Of a stretch of 64,000 bases of DNA, positions 63,803 to 64,000 are shown piece by piece. The stretch covers positions 89,652,001-89,716,000 of the forward strand of contig NC_043002.1 of assembly GCF_006345805.1 (NCBI RefSeq). The letters run 5' to 3'. Within the stretch, counting starts at the first letter, position 1. Every line of letters begins with the position of its first letter. The position numbers and the translations under genes are program-made. This DNA comes from Octopus sinensis. Its lineage: Eukaryota. The notes beneath the pieces are model-generated. The model searched no databases. It worked only from the letters and a program-made list of their open reading frames with translations, and was not told the DNA's origin.

Positions 63803-64000
63803 GTAATGCTTCAAGATAACCCGGTTGGCGAACACACACATACAATACTCCACACATACTCACGCACGAACGCACGCACACACACACACTCACACACACA
63901 CACACACACACACACATTTTGGAATTTGGCCAAAAGAAATGTTCATATTTGGTTATAGAACGTGGAAAGTCAGTGCCCCAAACCCAAAACCTGTCCTTTT

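Overview
AT-rich, microsatellite-dense animal genomic DNA. The SINE families and repeat landscape point to an octopus (inferred from recalled consensus sequences, not database-checked). I could not identify a host protein-coding gene with confidence; there are only a few weak exon candidates. Almost all ORF-track entries are translations of (TA)n, (CA)n, (GTAT)n or (TTA)n tracts. The window is a layered transposon landscape. It holds a young Ty3/Gypsy element (238-bp LTRs, tRNA-Leu PBS, PPT, 5-bp TSD, Gag-PR-RT ORF, no RNase H or integrase) inserted in a SINE B box, and a solo LTR of the same family 5 kb away. It also holds a 5'-truncated Naiad-type Penelope-like element (open thumb-to-GIY-YIG frame, complete hammerhead ribozyme fold), a full-length but dead DD34D mariner, two internally deleted DD37D (maT) elements, several Helitrons, LINE remnants (Dong/R4, Tx1, CR1-group, I-group), MITEs and more than 30 SINE copies from three families. 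The most interesting signal is a recurring architecture of Penelope-type hammerhead modules forming fold-back inversions inside (TA)n arrays. In two cases the inverted arm stops 37-41 nt past the predicted ribozyme cleavage site, and in the Naiad copy the inverted segment begins exactly at that site.
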